This document shows, in pieces, positions 18,863 through 31,166 of a stretch of DNA of 64,000 bases. The stretch's first letter is position 1. Each line of letters begins with the position of its first letter. The translations under genes were made by a program, and so were the position numbers. Origin of the DNA: Armatimonadota bacterium (lineage in GTDB: Bacteria > Armatimonadota > UBA5829 > DTLH01); the NCBI GenBank assembly GCA_038207085.1, contig JBBRAE010000004.1:32001-96000 (forward strand), in the 5' to 3' direction. The notes beneath the pieces were generated by a model, which saw nothing but the letters and a program-made list of their open reading frames with translations, did no database searches and was not told where the DNA came from.

Positions 18863-21091
18863 ATGCGCGTAACAGGAAGCATTCGACGGAAGCTGATACT
18901 GGCGTTTATTGTGGCGTTGATACCGCTCGTCTTGTTGCAGGTTGTCACGTTCATCGGTTGGCGACGTGTGCGAACCGATCAGATCATTACCGGCAGGACG
19001 GACTCGGCCGCCGTCGCCGGGGCTATGCTTGAGGGTTATGTGACCGATGTCTTGAACGAAAACGCCGCTATCGAGGCCGGGCTCCAGCTCGACAGCTCAC
19101 TGATGTCCTCAAGACGCCTGCCGCAGCTGCTTGACTCGGTCAGGTCGCACTATCTCACACTGTCAAGCTACGCCATCGTCAACCCCGAGGGGCGGTTCAT
19201 TGCAAGTTCCCCAAAGGGGGCTTCGACAGCAAGTGTGGCTGACAGGGATTACTTCCGGAGAATCATGTCCGGCGAGCCGTGGGTTGTCTCCGATCTGCTC
19301 ATCAGCCGACTGACGGGAAAGCCTGCGTTTGTCATAGCGAGCCAGTTGCGCGATGCCCGCGGTGTGCTGCGCGGCGCGGTGGTTGCCGTAGTCGATACCC
19401 ACCAACTTCGTAAGATATTCCCAACCCGGTTCACGTCCGGTGAAATTGCGCTCGTGGATCGGTCGGGACGGGTCGTTGTCGACAGCCGTCTTGACAATCT
19501 GTCGTGGCAGGAGCGGAACTGGTCTAATCTCGATCTGGTCCGGCGGGCGCTTGCCGGAGACTCCGCCTGGAGCAAGTCCTATGTTTCTCCAATCTCAGGA
19601 GAGCGTCTGATAGGCAGCTTTGTCTCGGCGCCGATGATCGGCTGGGCTGCTGGGTCGTTTGAAAACTACGGAAAAGCTATGGAGCCGATAAACGCTTGGT
19701 CGACTGTAATATTCATGGGCGCGGCTTCTGCGGAGATAGTCTCGCTCCTTCTGGTGTGGTTCCTCGGGACATACCTGACCCGGCCTATCAGACGGCTGAC
19801 AAGCGCGGTTAAGACGTATTCCAGCGACGGCCTTCTGCTTGCTGTCCGCGTAAGCTCGGGCGATGAGATGGAAGATCTTGCGGCAGCGTTCAACTCACTC
19901 GGACAGCGTATCACAGAGCGAGAAACCCAGCTTCTGGACTTTGCCACGCGCAACGAGCGCCTCGCAGACGCTGCCCAGGCCCGCGCCGCCGAGTTGGAGG
20001 TAGTGATCGAGCGCATCCCAACCGGTGTGGTGATCGTTGACCATCAGGGCAGGGTCGTTCAGAAGAACATCAGGGCCGACCTGCTCTATGGCATGCCGAT
20101 TGCTGTAGGCGAGACACTGAAAGAGCACGTCAAAGGGGTAAGGCTGCTAAACACAAACGGTGAGCCGTATTCGCAGGAGAGCATGCCGATCTCTCGCGCT
20201 ATTATGACCGGGACTCCGGTGATGGACGAAGAGATGATCATCGAGCACGCAGATGGCGGGCGAACTGTTCTGCTCGTAAGCGCCTCACCGATTCGCGACG
20301 ATGAAGGCGAGATCATCGGCGCGGTCGGCGTGTTGCAGGACATTTCCGAGCGCAAACGCATCGAAGAGCGCGAGCGCACAATCGCTGAAGCCCTGCAGGA
20401 CAGCCTTACTCCCAAGATTCCCTCCGAGACCTGCGGTCTCAGGATCGCCGCCAAGTATATCCCGGCGCTTGAGGAGGCCCGCGTCGGCGGGGACTTTGTC
20501 GATGTGTTTGAAATCGCAGAGGACAAGGTGGCGATTGTGATCGGCGACGTGTCCGGCAAAGGGTTGATAGCCGCCCGGATGGTCGCGATGACCAAGTACT
20601 ACGTGCGCGGATATATTTATGAGCACCCCGAGTCTCCGGAATGGGTCATGGACAGGCTGAGCGACGCGCTCCTGATCGATCAGGAGGCTGACAGGTTCAT
20701 CACCGCGTTTACCGGGATCATCGACACCAAACGCATGACCCTCGACTACGCAAGCGGGGGACACGAGCCACCGATCCTGTGGCGGGAGTCCGGTGAGATG
20801 GAGGATCTGATGCCGACCGGGATGGCGATAGGGGTGCTTGACTCGACCTACCTGCGGCGAAGTGTCGAACTGCACCCCGGTGACATGCTTGTGCTCTACA
20901 CCGACGGTGCAACCGAGGCGCGCACAGCGGGCGGCAGAATGTTGGGTTACGACGGACTGAAGTTGATGCTCGCCGGGATGCGAGGCGCGACCGTTCAGGA
21001 GATCGCAGACGCGCTGCAAGCGGGAGTCCACGATTTCGCAGGCGGCAGGTTCACCGACGACTTCACGCTGCTTGTGATCAGGCCTAAATAG
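18863..21091 (+). CDS. Membrane Cache-HAMP-PAS PP2C/SpoIIE (RsbU-like) phosphatase
   Basis: Two TM helices, ADRDYF Cache, HAMP, PAS, VGGDF..IGDVSGKG..YTDG..DD. Confidence 0.9.
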   Translation: MRVTGSIRRKLILAFIVALIPLVLLQVVTFIGWRRVRTDQIITGRTDSAAVAGAMLEGYVTDVLNENAAIEAGLQLDSSLMSSRRLPQLLDSVRSHYLTLSSYAIVNPEGRFIASSPKGASTASVADRDYFRRIMSGEPWVVSDLLISRLTGKPAFVIASQLRDARGVLRGAVVAVVDTHQLRKIFPTRFTSGEIALVDRSGRVVVDSRLDNLSWQERNWSNLDLVRRALAGDSAWSKSYVSPISGERLIGSFVSAPMIGWAAGSFENYGKAMEPINAWSTVIFMGAASAEIVSLLLVWFLGTYLTRPIRRLTSAVKTYSSDGLLLAVRVSSGDEMEDLAAAFNSLGQRITERETQLLDFATRNERLADAAQARAAELEVVIERIPTGVVIVDHQGRVVQKNIRADLLYGMPIAVGETLKEHVKGVRLLNTNGEPYSQESMPISRAIMTGTPVMDEEMIIEHADGGRTVLLVSASPIRDDEGEIIGAVGVLQDISERKRIEERERTIAEALQDSLTPKIPSETCGLRIAAKYIPALEEARVGGDFVDVFEIAEDKVAIVIGDVSGKGLIAARMVAMTKYYVRGYIYEHPESPEWVMDRLSDALLIDQEADRFITAFTGIIDTKRMTLDYASGGHEPPILWRESGEMEDLMPTGMAIGVLDSTYLRRSVELHPGDMLVLYTDGATEARTAGGRMLGYDGLKLMLAGMRGATVQEIADALQAGVHDFAGGRFTDDFTLLVIRPK

Positions 21092-21097
21092 CAGGCG

Positions 21098-22966
21098 TTA
21101 TTGGTTGTGGGCGGTTCTGCGCCGCTGTTCCAGGTGGACGGCCAGGATCGCGATGTCCGCTGGCGTCACTCCGGGCACGCGGGAGGCCTGTCCCAGGGTG
21201 AGCGGCTTGATGCGTGAGAGCTTATCCATCGCCTCGTGCGAAAGCGCGCGCACGCTCTTAAAGTCGATATCGGTGGGAACGGCTTTGCTTTCGAGCCTCT
21301 TGTGACGTTCGACCTGGGCCTGTTCGCGCTCTATGTAGCCCTGATATTTGATCGAAAGCTCCACCTGCTCGGCTGAGTCGGGCTCAATCCCGCCGTTTGG
21401 GCAGGTCTCAGATATTGCCCGGTACGACACATCAGGTCGCCTGAGCAGCTCTTCAAGGCTTGCAGGCCTTGCAAGCGACTCAAGCCCGAGCCCCTCGATG
21501 ATCTCACTGTCAGAGGGACGAACGAGCGTATCGGCGAGCCTTTTGGTCTCTCGCTCGATCTCCTCGCGCTTGGCGGTGAACGCGCTCCAGCGCAAGTCGC
21601 TTATGAGGCCTGTTTCGCGGCCGACCCCGGTCAGGCGCAGGTCGGCGTTGTCGTGCCGGAGGAGCAGCCTGTGCTCGGCGCGGGAGGTCAGGAGCCTGTA
21701 GGGGTCAAGCACTCCTTTGGTGACGAGGTCGTCGACCATTACGCCGATGTACCCAGCGCTTCTTGGGATCACGACGGGAGCGCGACCCGAAACCTTCATA
21801 GCGGCGTTGATCCCGGCTAGAAGACCCTGCGCGGCGGCTTCTTCATAGCCTGAGGTGCCGTTGATCTGGCCGGCGAAGAAGAGCCCGTGAACGGCTTTTG
21901 TCTCAAGACTCGGCCAAAGCTGGGTGGGCTGCGAGTAATCGTATTCGATCGCGTAACCGGGCCGTATCATATAGGCGTTTTCAAGACCGGGTATGGTTGC
22001 GATAAAAGCTTTCTGCACGTCTTCGGGCATCGATGTCGACATCCCCTGGACGTAGATCGAGTCGGTGTCCCAACCCTCTTGCTCAAGGAACACCTGATGG
22101 CGGGTCCTCTCGGCGAAACGAACTACCTTGTCCTCGATCGACGGGCAGTAGCGCGGGCCGACGCCTTCGATTCGTCCTCCATACATCGCCGAGCGCCCGA
22201 GGTTTTCGCGAATCACATCGTGGGTGCGTTCGTTTGTGTAGGTCAACCAGCAGGATAAGAGCCCTTTTCTTGGCGCTTTTGGAGTCATAAACGAAAACGC
22301 CAGCGGCTCTGTGTCCGAGGGCTGTTCCTCGATGCGCGACAGGTCGATCGTCTTTTTGTCGAGCCTTGGGGTGGTGCCGGTCTTGAGCCTGCCAAGCTCG
22401 ATTCCCGCCGCCCGGAGGCTGTCTGAGAGCCCATTTGACGGCGGCTCGTCGGCTCTTCCGGCGGGAAAACTGTCTTCCCCGATGTGAATCAGCCCGCGCA
22501 GGAACGTCCCAGTGGTGATGATGACCGCTCGCGCTGCAAACTCCTCGCCCTGCCCGGTCCGCACTCCCGCGACGCGCCCGCCCTCTACAATGAGGTCTTC
22601 CACCATCCCCTCGTGTATCGCGAGGTTCTCTTGCGCCTGCATAACCCTGCGCATTTCTTCCCGGTAGAGACGTTTGTCGGCCTGAGCGCGAATGGCTCGA
22701 ACTGCGGGGCCTTTGCCGGTGTTCAGCATCCTGATGTGGGTGTAGGTGGCGTCGGTGTTGATCGCCATCTGCCCGCCGAGCGCATCGATCTCACGCACGA
22801 GGTGCCCCTTGGCAGGCCCACCGATGGAGCAGTTGCAGGGCATCAGGGCGATATTTTCGATATCGGTCGTGACGGCAAGCGTCTTCATCCCAAGCCGCGC
22901 CGCCGCAAGCGCCGCCTCACTCCCCGCGTGTCCAGCGCCAACCACAATTACATCGTAGACTTGCAT
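21098..22966 (-). CDS. mnmG: tRNA uridine-34 carboxymethylaminomethyl modification enzyme
   Basis: [40 protein letters not shown]. Confidence 0.97.
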   Translation of the reverse strand: MQVYDVIVVGAGHAGSEAALAAARLGMKTLAVTTDIENIALMPCNCSIGGPAKGHLVREIDALGGQMAINTDATYTHIRMLNTGKGPAVRAIRAQADKRLYREEMRRVMQAQENLAIHEGMVEDLIVEGGRVAGVRTGQGEEFAARAVIITTGTFLRGLIHIGEDSFPAGRADEPPSNGLSDSLRAAGIELGRLKTGTTPRLDKKTIDLSRIEEQPSDTEPLAFSFMTPKAPRKGLLSCWLTYTNERTHDVIRENLGRSAMYGGRIEGVGPRYCPSIEDKVVRFAERTRHQVFLEQEGWDTDSIYVQGMSTSMPEDVQKAFIATIPGLENAYMIRPGYAIEYDYSQPTQLWPSLETKAVHGLFFAGQINGTSGYEEAAAQGLLAGINAAMKVSGRAPVVIPRSAGYIGVMVDDLVTKGVLDPYRLLTSRAEHRLLLRHDNADLRLTGVGRETGLISDLRWSAFTAKREEIERETKRLADTLVRPSDSEIIEGLGLESLARPASLEELLRRPDVSYRAISETCPNGGIEPDSAEQVELSIKYQGYIEREQAQVERHKRLESKAVPTDIDFKSVRALSHEAMDKLSRIKPLTLGQASRVPGVTPADIAILAVHLEQRRRTAHNQ

Positions 22967-23033
22967 AACGATATATTATAGCACAGGGGGCAGTTCGTTC
23001 TTCACGCTCAAGCTTTGGCGTTTGAGTTCGTTT

Positions 23034-23112
23034 TAGCCCGCTTTATTCGTGACGCGAATAAAGCTTTCGCTAACAGAGCATTATTCACGCCACTCGTGAA
23101 TAATGAGGGTTA
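23034..23112. repeat. Repeat family A: 79-bp double-hairpin MITE/REP-like element, copy 1
   Basis: TAGCCCGC end; hairpins GCTTTATTCG-N5-CGAATAAAGC and CATTATTCACG-N5-CGTGAATAATG. Confidence 0.9.
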
Positions 23113-23373
23113 GATGATTTTTGTAATTGGGACAGATTTGGGCTCTGGGAACTCATGCTTCATGATTATAAGACACTAACTTGGGCGAAAACTGGAATCA
23201 TGGGGGAGAACTTATTGTTAAATGTTGTTCACTGGTTGTGATTGAGTGTGGGGTGGCAGGTCTCGGCGTGTCAGGGCGGCGGCGGGGTGGTCTACCGGTG
23301 TAAACTGCTTGACGGAATGCTCTTGACCATGCTATATATATTTTATGCTAAGTCCCTATGATCGGCACTCTCA

Positions 23374-24624
23374 ATGCGCCTGAAGACGCTGCTAAGTGAA
23401 CTGACAATCGACGGGCGCGTGCTTTTTGGCACGCGTGTTCTGCGACTGTTTGCGTACGGCCTGCTCTCGGTCATCCTGGTGCTTTATCTGACCAAGGCGG
23501 GGCTGGGCGAGCGGGCGATTGGGCTTCTCCTCAGTGCGACGCTTGCCGGGGACATCGTCGTGTCTCTCATCATCACGACCCGTGCGGACCGGATCGGGCG
23601 GCGGAAGATGCTTCTGCTGGGTGCTGGTCTGATGATCTTTGCCGGAGCCGTGTTCGCCTCGACTCTGTTTCTGCCGCTTCTCTTTATCGCGGCCTTTGCC
23701 GGGATCATCAGCCCGAGCGGAAACGAGATTGGGCCTTTTCTTTCCATCGAGCAGGCAGCGCTCTCTCACACCCTCCCGGACAAAAAACGCACCAGGGTCT
23801 TTGCGTGGTACCACCTCATAGGCTCGTTCGCTACGGCTCTTGGCGCGCTTGGGGGAGGCGTCATAGCCCAATTGATGCAGTCAAGAGGGGTGCCGGCAGT
23901 GGAGAGCTACAGGGTGCTGGTCTGGGTGTACGCCGGGCTGGGACTGGTTTTGGGGGTGTTGTTTCTTCGGTTGTCCCCACAGGTCGAGGTGACCCCCGCC
24001 GAGCGCCCGACTGATCAGCCGAAGGGAGCAGGCTATCTGGGGCTGCACGAGTCTCGCGGCGTCGTGCTCCGTCTGTCCGCGCTGTTCTCGCTTGATGCGT
24101 TCGCCGGAGGATTTGTCGTCCAAAGCATTGTGGCGTATTGGTTTTACGTGCGCTTCGGGGTATCTCCCGTCGTTTTGGGCAGCGTCTTCTTTGGCGCCAA
24201 TGTTTTGTCGGGTTTTTCCGCGCTCGCCGCGGCGAAGGTGGCGGAGAAGATCGGCCTCATCAACACGATGGTGTTCACCCACATACCCTCAAACGTGCTG
24301 CTGATACTCGTTCCCCTGATGCCTACCCTGCCTCTTGCGATTCTCGTCCTGCTGCTTCGCTTCAGTATTTCGCAGATGGACGTGCCGACTCGTCAGTCCT
24401 ACACCATGTCTGTGGTGACCCCGGAGGAGCGCTCTGCGGCGTCCGGCGTGACGAGCGTGGCGCGCAGCGTCGGGGCAGCGGTCTCGCCCTCCCTGGCTGG
24501 TCTCTTTATAGCGGTGCCGGCCCTGCTGAGCGTGCCGTTTTTCCTCTCTGGCGGGCTGAAGATCGTCTACGATCTGCTGCTGTACCGCAGCTTCAAAGCT
24601 CACGAACCCCGCGATGAGTCCTGA
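23374..24624 (+). CDS. MFS transporter
   Basis: About 12 TM helices; ADRIGRR motif A. Confidence 0.9.
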   Translation: MRLKTLLSELTIDGRVLFGTRVLRLFAYGLLSVILVLYLTKAGLGERAIGLLLSATLAGDIVVSLIITTRADRIGRRKMLLLGAGLMIFAGAVFASTLFLPLLFIAAFAGIISPSGNEIGPFLSIEQAALSHTLPDKKRTRVFAWYHLIGSFATALGALGGGVIAQLMQSRGVPAVESYRVLVWVYAGLGLVLGVLFLRLSPQVEVTPAERPTDQPKGAGYLGLHESRGVVLRLSALFSLDAFAGGFVVQSIVAYWFYVRFGVSPVVLGSVFFGANVLSGFSALAAAKVAEKIGLINTMVFTHIPSNVLLILVPLMPTLPLAILVLLLRFSISQMDVPTRQSYTMSVVTPEERSAASGVTSVARSVGAAVSPSLAGLFIAVPALLSVPFFLSGGLKIVYDLLLYRSFKAHEPRDES

Positions 24625-24761
24625 AATATGCTCCTCGGACGTGGCGCAGTCAATGCCTGTTTTCATATCATTCCCTTTGTACGGTATACTATCCCTGGTA
24701 GCTTGTGACACTTATGCGGCGGGAGTCGCGTATTAGTATAGGATATGCTGCTATCATCGAC

Positions 24762-24840
24762 TAACCCGCATTATTCACGAATCCCGTGAATAATGCTCTG
24801 TTAGCGAAAGCGTTATTCGTCAAGCGAATAAAGCGGGCTA
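24762..24840. repeat. Repeat family A copy 2 (inverted relative to copy 1)
   Basis: 79 bp, same two hairpins, ends GCGGGCTA just before the ahcY RBS. Confidence 0.9.
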
Positions 24841-24855
24841 AAAGGAGTTTTTGGA

Positions 24856-26271
<1,416 letters not shown>

Positions 26272-26280
26272 AGATAAGTT

Positions 26281-26311
26281 GGGCGGCGGACTCCTTTCCG
26301 CCGCCCTTTTT
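26281..26311 (+). terminator. Rho-independent terminator after ahcY
   Basis: GGGCGGCGGA-loop-TCCGCCGCCC-TTTTT. Confidence 0.85.
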
Positions 26312-26336
26312 ATATCAAGTGGACGCACTCATGTGA

Positions 26337-26488
26337 TTTGTGTAGCCACCCTTCGAGAGCCTCAGGGTGAGGGGTTTTGGTTTGGGTGGTGGGGTGAGCA
26401 ATTGTACCGCTAGCCGTAGAATTTCTCAAGGTTGATCAACCTAAAGCCAATCACGTTAAGGCTCTCGAAACGTGCGCTCCACCCAAAG
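26337..26488. repeat. Repeat family B (CTTCGAGAGCCTCAGGGTGA element); inverted copy at 33123-33314, partial copy at 51951-52028
   Basis: Both halves align by eye to the reverse complement of 33123-33314. Confidence 0.8.
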
Positions 26489-26527
26489 ATTCGGCGTCCA
26501 CCCAGGCTATCGCAGCTTTGCCCACTG

Positions 26528-27571
26528 CTAGACCAGAGCAACCCCAGACTTCTTCGATCTTCTCTGGATTCTTCTCCATGCCTTAAATCTGACGCTTGGG
26601 ACGCTTCGGGCGGGGATGCCGATTACTTCGCCGGTTACGGCGTCGGGGAGGGGGAGGCGGCTGATTAGGGCGGCCAGCTTCGCGGGCTCGAGTTCGAGAG
26701 CTTCTGAGACGGCGGGCAGGCCTACTGAGGTGATGATCGACATTACCTGCTCACCGGAGAGGCCGTAGAGTATCGCCTTGCGCTGCTTGGGGGCGAGTTG
26801 TGCGAACTCCTTCCAGAACCATTCCAAAATGTGGTCGAGCCAGCCGGCGTCGGTGATCTGACGTTCTACGTCGGTGCCGGGGTCGACTAGCCAGTCGACG
26901 GGGCTGTCGGTGCTGTCCTCACCCTCGCGCGTGGCGTCGATCGAGAGGGGATCGTTGTCACGGACCGAGGTGAGAGATGCCACGCAGGAGACCAAATCGT
27001 CAATCGGAACAGGAGCGCCGCACCAGTCCAGAATCCGGCAGATGAGCTCGGGGGTGGGGACCTCGGCGGGGTCGCGGTTGTCCAGGGACTTTCGTGCGAA
27101 TGCGCGCTCGTCCTCGGCGATCTCTTTGGCCCTGCCTGCCGCGGACTTCATACGCCCAGCCCAGCCCTCATAACCGCACAAACGCTCCGTGCTTATGTCC
27201 GAGTTCCAGATCGCAAAACCCTTTATGTTGGATTTGCCGGTGAACATGTCCAAAAGCTCGAGCTTCAGGCTATACCAACTCGGGCGTTTGCGGCGGATGG
27301 CGTCGCAGTAACGGTTGTGAACAGCTCGACGCACGAAAGCTTCGAGGTTCTCAATAGAGGTCTCGACTGTGCCGCGCTTGATGGCGTCGACTCGCGTCCA
27401 GATCGCAAGCAGACAGTCCTGCTCGAAATCTTCGAGGTCGCTCGTCTCTCGCTTCATCAGCGATCGCCGCACAAGCCTTCGGATCTCTTCCGAAAGCGGC
27501 TCCATATATGCCTCGCACCGGCCAGCCGGGAGGCTGATATACTTTTCAAGTAAATCTTGTGGGTTGCCCAT
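26528..27571 (-). CDS. Divergent ECF-type sigma-70 factor with large insertion
   Basis: Region 2-like EDFEQDCLLAIW...AFVRRAVHNRYCDAIRR; region 4-like QLAPKQRKAI...SVRFKAWRRI; ATG overlaps the CHAT gene TGA (TGATG). Confidence 0.7.
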   Translation of the reverse strand: MGNPQDLLEKYISLPAGRCEAYMEPLSEEIRRLVRRSLMKRETSDLEDFEQDCLLAIWTRVDAIKRGTVETSIENLEAFVRRAVHNRYCDAIRRKRPSWYSLKLELLDMFTGKSNIKGFAIWNSDISTERLCGYEGWAGRMKSAAGRAKEIAEDERAFARKSLDNRDPAEVPTPELICRILDWCGAPVPIDDLVSCVASLTSVRDNDPLSIDATREGEDSTDSPVDWLVDPGTDVERQITDAGWLDHILEWFWKEFAQLAPKQRKAILYGLSGEQVMSIITSVGLPAVSEALELEPAKLAALISRLPLPDAVTGEVIGIPARSVPSVRFKAWRRIQRRSKKSGVALV

Positions 27572-30500
27572 CAGCGTGGATCGCCATAAAGCGAAAAGCT
27601 CGCCCAATAAAATGGATGAGCATATTCTCCGTTAGCTGATTTTACCATACTTTCTTGCGCAAGTCTAAGTGAGCGCGCTTTTTGTCCGGTTCTTGCCAAT
27701 CCCTGGTAGAACCCGGTCATCAATCGGGTCGAGCCTTTGTCTGATACCTTCCAAAGCCCGCCGACAAACGTGGGGAACCTCGCAAGCCTCGTGAACGCTT
27801 CGGCCACGTGCGTTGTGGTCGTCGCCTCAGCGTCGGTCGAGCCGATTCCATCGCAGGCCGATAATACTGCAAGACGCATGCCGGGGTTGGTTATTCTCAT
27901 AAAGTCGGCAAGACGAATGACGCCCGCGGGACCAAGGGTGATCGACATATTGGCCGGGTCGGGGTCGGTGGCGTGATGGGTGGCGATGTGGACGATCCCC
28001 GAGGCCGAACACTGCTGCACGAACATATCTGTCGTCGCGTTGGTAAACGTCCTGCTGCCGGGGAAGCAGGCGGAGATCGCTCGGGCTTCGGCGGCGGCTC
28101 CGGGAAGCGCGCTGTTCGGGAAGATCGCGACGTTTTCTTTCCTGGGGGAGATCAGCCCGGCCCACGGCGAGACAAGCCTTCCAAAGGTGTTGGCGGTGAT
28201 GTAGCTCGTCGTATAGCTCTGCAAAATGAAGCTGACCGCGCCGGGTTTCCCCTTGACCTCGCGCGGCAGAGCGTGGAACGGGATGCTCGCGAGCTTGTCA
28301 GGGAGTGCAAATACAAGCGACGTGATCTTTTCGGCCGCAAGATCGGCTGCGATCGGCTCAAATAGCGTGTCTTCGATCGCAAACAGCGGCATAAGCATCG
28401 CCGTGACCTTGGGGTCGGTCCAGTTTGTGACCGGTGGAAGCGCCATCCCCGCGCTCACGCTCTTTTCGATATCAATAACCACGCTTCGGAACTCCTGGAC
28501 GTTTTCGATGACCTTGTCACCCGCGCCCGCGATCTTCCAGACCGTCGCCGAGCGCTTTGTCGCAAGCAGGATGAAGACGTCGGTGTCCTCGATTGCGTAG
28601 GAGACGATCGCAAGGTCAGCCGGGAGCTTTGCGCGGTCGGTGAAGATGCTGACTGCGTCGATCACCGGGCCGCCGAGCGTTCTACTGCGCGTCGGGACCG
28701 AGGAAAATGCAGGGACTTTGGCGATGACCGTCGGGTAGCCTACGGCGATCTTCTGAGGCTTGCCAGGCTCCTCGACGGGCGCTTGAGTGTCGGGTGGAAC
28801 GCTGTCCAAGAGCACGATCACGGACTTGTCGTTAGTGGAGCGAAGCCGCGCGGAAAGGTCGCTAAACCAAGTATACTGGTGGGCGGTGCGCAGGCTGCCG
28901 ATCGCCTCGTCCCGACGGGACTCCCGCACCTCAAGGACGACTAGCTGGGTGTAGAGGTCGACCAGTATCGCGGCATGATCGGGCTCAGCGGCGGGGTTGA
29001 CACCCTCTTCGTTCGCCCACTGCTCGATGCGCTGCACCATGCCGGAGAGCATCCCGATCGCTTGAGGGGTCTGATTGCTCGCGGCCGTGACCTGGGCGAG
29101 CTTTGCGACCGAGTTGGCCGCAGCCCACAGGTCGCCGACCTGATCCACGTAGATAGCGGCGGCCTGGCTTAGGTCGTCTGCTGCGCTGGCATGTCTGCCC
29201 AGGGTCATAAGAATCGTCGCCCGTTCGAAGAACAGGTCCGCGCGGGTCCGAAGATCACTCGAAATCTTGGCAACGTCGATCGCTTCCTGCAGCGACTCAA
29301 GCCCGGTGTTCGGGTCGCCTGAGGCTTTGGCGCTTGACTGGATGTCTCGCAGTATCTGGATGGCGATATCAAACCGGCTCGTCTCGCGGGCGATGGTCGC
29401 GGCAAGTGTGCGGGAGACGACTGCGCCGTGGTGGTCGCCGATGGAGTCCTGGTTGTCGGCAAGTCTTCGAAGCACCCGGATGCGGTCATCGGTCAGCTTC
29501 ATCGCCTCGTAGCCTGCGGCTGAGGAGTTCAGCGTGTCGATCGCCAACTGATAGCGTTCAAGAGCGGCGTTTGCGGCGGCGCCGGTTTCAGTCACCCTGA
29601 GCAGCCGAACACGCTCCTCGGTCGGGATCGAGGGCTTGGCGAGCTTCACTGCGGCGTCGACGCCGGTTTGCGCGAGCCTGGAGAGGATTTTCGTGCGCTC
29701 GGTGGTGGCCTGGTTTGCTCTCGGGCCTTGACCTGTCAGGCGGCAGACCTGAGAAAGCGATGCAAGAATGCGCGCGCGCAGAAGCGGGTCATAGGTTTTG
29801 GTGTCGAGTGAGGGCTCCGTAAGGAGGCTTCGGGCCTCGTCGTTTCGGCCGTTGTTGATGCAGAAACCTGCGACCTCCAGAAGCAGCTGCGCGTGTGACT
29901 CATAGCTGCCCCACTTGGTGTTTGCATAGTTGCGGCTGTAGTCGAGTCCTCTGAGCATCTGGGCGAAGGCGCGGTCTTTGCCGAGTTTGTGAAGCGCGAG
30001 GCCTGCGTTCACATACTGACGTCCGCACAGGTCGCCTCTCCCTGCCGCGAGCCACTTTTCGGCCGAATGCACGTAATTATCTCTTGCCGAGTCGTAGCGC
30101 CCGGCTTCTTCGTCGAGTCGTCCGAGGTCCTGGTAGACCCTCGCGAGCTGGGAGCGCATGTCGTAGGCCGAGAGTATAGAGCGGGCCCGTCCGTAGAATA
30201 GCTCGGCGTCGCGGTAGCGTCTGGTGGCGTAGAGGTGGCGTTCACCCAGGCGTGTGTCGACGAACGCGGCGGACACCTCCATGCGCAGGTTGTGGAGCAT
30301 CGACTCGCACGCGAGCAGGTTTTCGATCGACTTTGAAGGGGAGCTTGTCTCGATCCCCTTTGCGGTTCGAAGTTTGTGCCGTGCGTCTGTGATCGCCTTG
30401 ACGGTTTCGTCGTCGGAGTCCGAGGGAAGCGCCTTTGCGCCCCAGGACGCCGGTCCGAGTTCGGAAGCGGCCCAGATGACTGAGCGGTCTGTGCTTGCAG

Positions 30501-30843
30501 AGATAAGCGCGCCGGCGATATCGTCGAGGCGATCGATTCCGGGGTCGAGCTCCCAGGACTCGGCGGCCCATCGGTAAAATATCAGATCGAGCGCGAGTAG
30601 CCTCGACTGCTCGGGGTTTGCTTTGGTGAGCCTGGCGGCTTCCGGTTTGAGGTTTGCAGCCGGGGTGGTAGAAAGCGTCTGCAGGATCGCGGGACCGTCG
30701 ACTGGGGAGGCGTCAGCAAGTGCATGCGCGCAAATTGCGCACACCCACAGGGCCAAGACCAGAACCAGTAACTTTCTTTTCCCCAATGTCCTCGCTGCCG
30801 CTTCCTGAGCACTCGTCACGTTGGGCTCATCTATTCTACGCAC
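27571..30843 (-). CDS. TPR-repeat CHAT (caspase-like, clan CD) protease with signal-peptide-like N-terminus
   Basis: IPFHAL, LPGAAAE, VHIATH (His), VLSAC (Cys), LWKVSD, HPFYWASF; helical repeats; hydrophobic N-terminus ending AHALA. Confidence 0.88.
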   Translation of the reverse strand: MRRIDEPNVTSAQEAAARTLGKRKLLVLVLALWVCAICAHALADASPVDGPAILQTLSTTPAANLKPEAARLTKANPEQSRLLALDLIFYRWAAESWELDPGIDRLDDIAGALISASTDRSVIWAASELGPASWGAKALPSDSDDETVKAITDARHKLRTAKGIETSSPSKSIENLLACESMLHNLRMEVSAAFVDTRLGERHLYATRRYRDAELFYGRARSILSAYDMRSQLARVYQDLGRLDEEAGRYDSARDNYVHSAEKWLAAGRGDLCGRQYVNAGLALHKLGKDRAFAQMLRGLDYSRNYANTKWGSYESHAQLLLEVAGFCINNGRNDEARSLLTEPSLDTKTYDPLLRARILASLSQVCRLTGQGPRANQATTERTKILSRLAQTGVDAAVKLAKPSIPTEERVRLLRVTETGAAANAALERYQLAIDTLNSSAAGYEAMKLTDDRIRVLRRLADNQDSIGDHHGAVVSRTLAATIARETSRFDIAIQILRDIQSSAKASGDPNTGLESLQEAIDVAKISSDLRTRADLFFERATILMTLGRHASAADDLSQAAAIYVDQVGDLWAAANSVAKLAQVTAASNQTPQAIGMLSGMVQRIEQWANEEGVNPAAEPDHAAILVDLYTQLVVLEVRESRRDEAIGSLRTAHQYTWFSDLSARLRSTNDKSVIVLLDSVPPDTQAPVEEPGKPQKIAVGYPTVIAKVPAFSSVPTRSRTLGGPVIDAVSIFTDRAKLPADLAIVSYAIEDTDVFILLATKRSATVWKIAGAGDKVIENVQEFRSVVIDIEKSVSAGMALPPVTNWTDPKVTAMLMPLFAIEDTLFEPIAADLAAEKITSLVFALPDKLASIPFHALPREVKGKPGAVSFILQSYTTSYITANTFGRLVSPWAGLISPRKENVAIFPNSALPGAAAEARAISACFPGSRTFTNATTDMFVQQCSASGIVHIATHHATDPDPANMSITLGPAGVIRLADFMRITNPGMRLAVLSACDGIGSTDAEATTTTHVAEAFTRLARFPTFVGGLWKVSDKGSTRLMTGFYQGLARTGQKARSLRLAQESMVKSANGEYAHPFYWASFSLYGDPR

Positions 30844-31166
30844 AAGTCAGACTGTTCCGTTACATTATACAGCAAACAGCAGGGTTGGGCGTCCCTTTGC
30901 TGATGGGCCGATTAGACTCTTCTATTATATCTGACGATTGCTCTTGGGGGAAGGTTGCATTTTGAATCGTGACAACACTGTGGACGTGGACGGGCTTTTG
31001 TGCTAATCTTTTGTGTGAATTGCAGACCATGGGGTTTTCGGCAGGTGAGTTTGCCGTCAGTCATTCAGATCGAATGCCGAAAACCGAGTTCGACTTTCGG
31101 GTGGAAAACAGCTCGTATATACGTTAAGTCATCTCCCGAAAGTCAAAAGGAAAGTGAGCATTCCCT

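Noticed and set aside
24625..24855. SAH riboswitch upstream of ahcY
   Set aside because: No recognisable aptamer; the structure there is the family-A repeat
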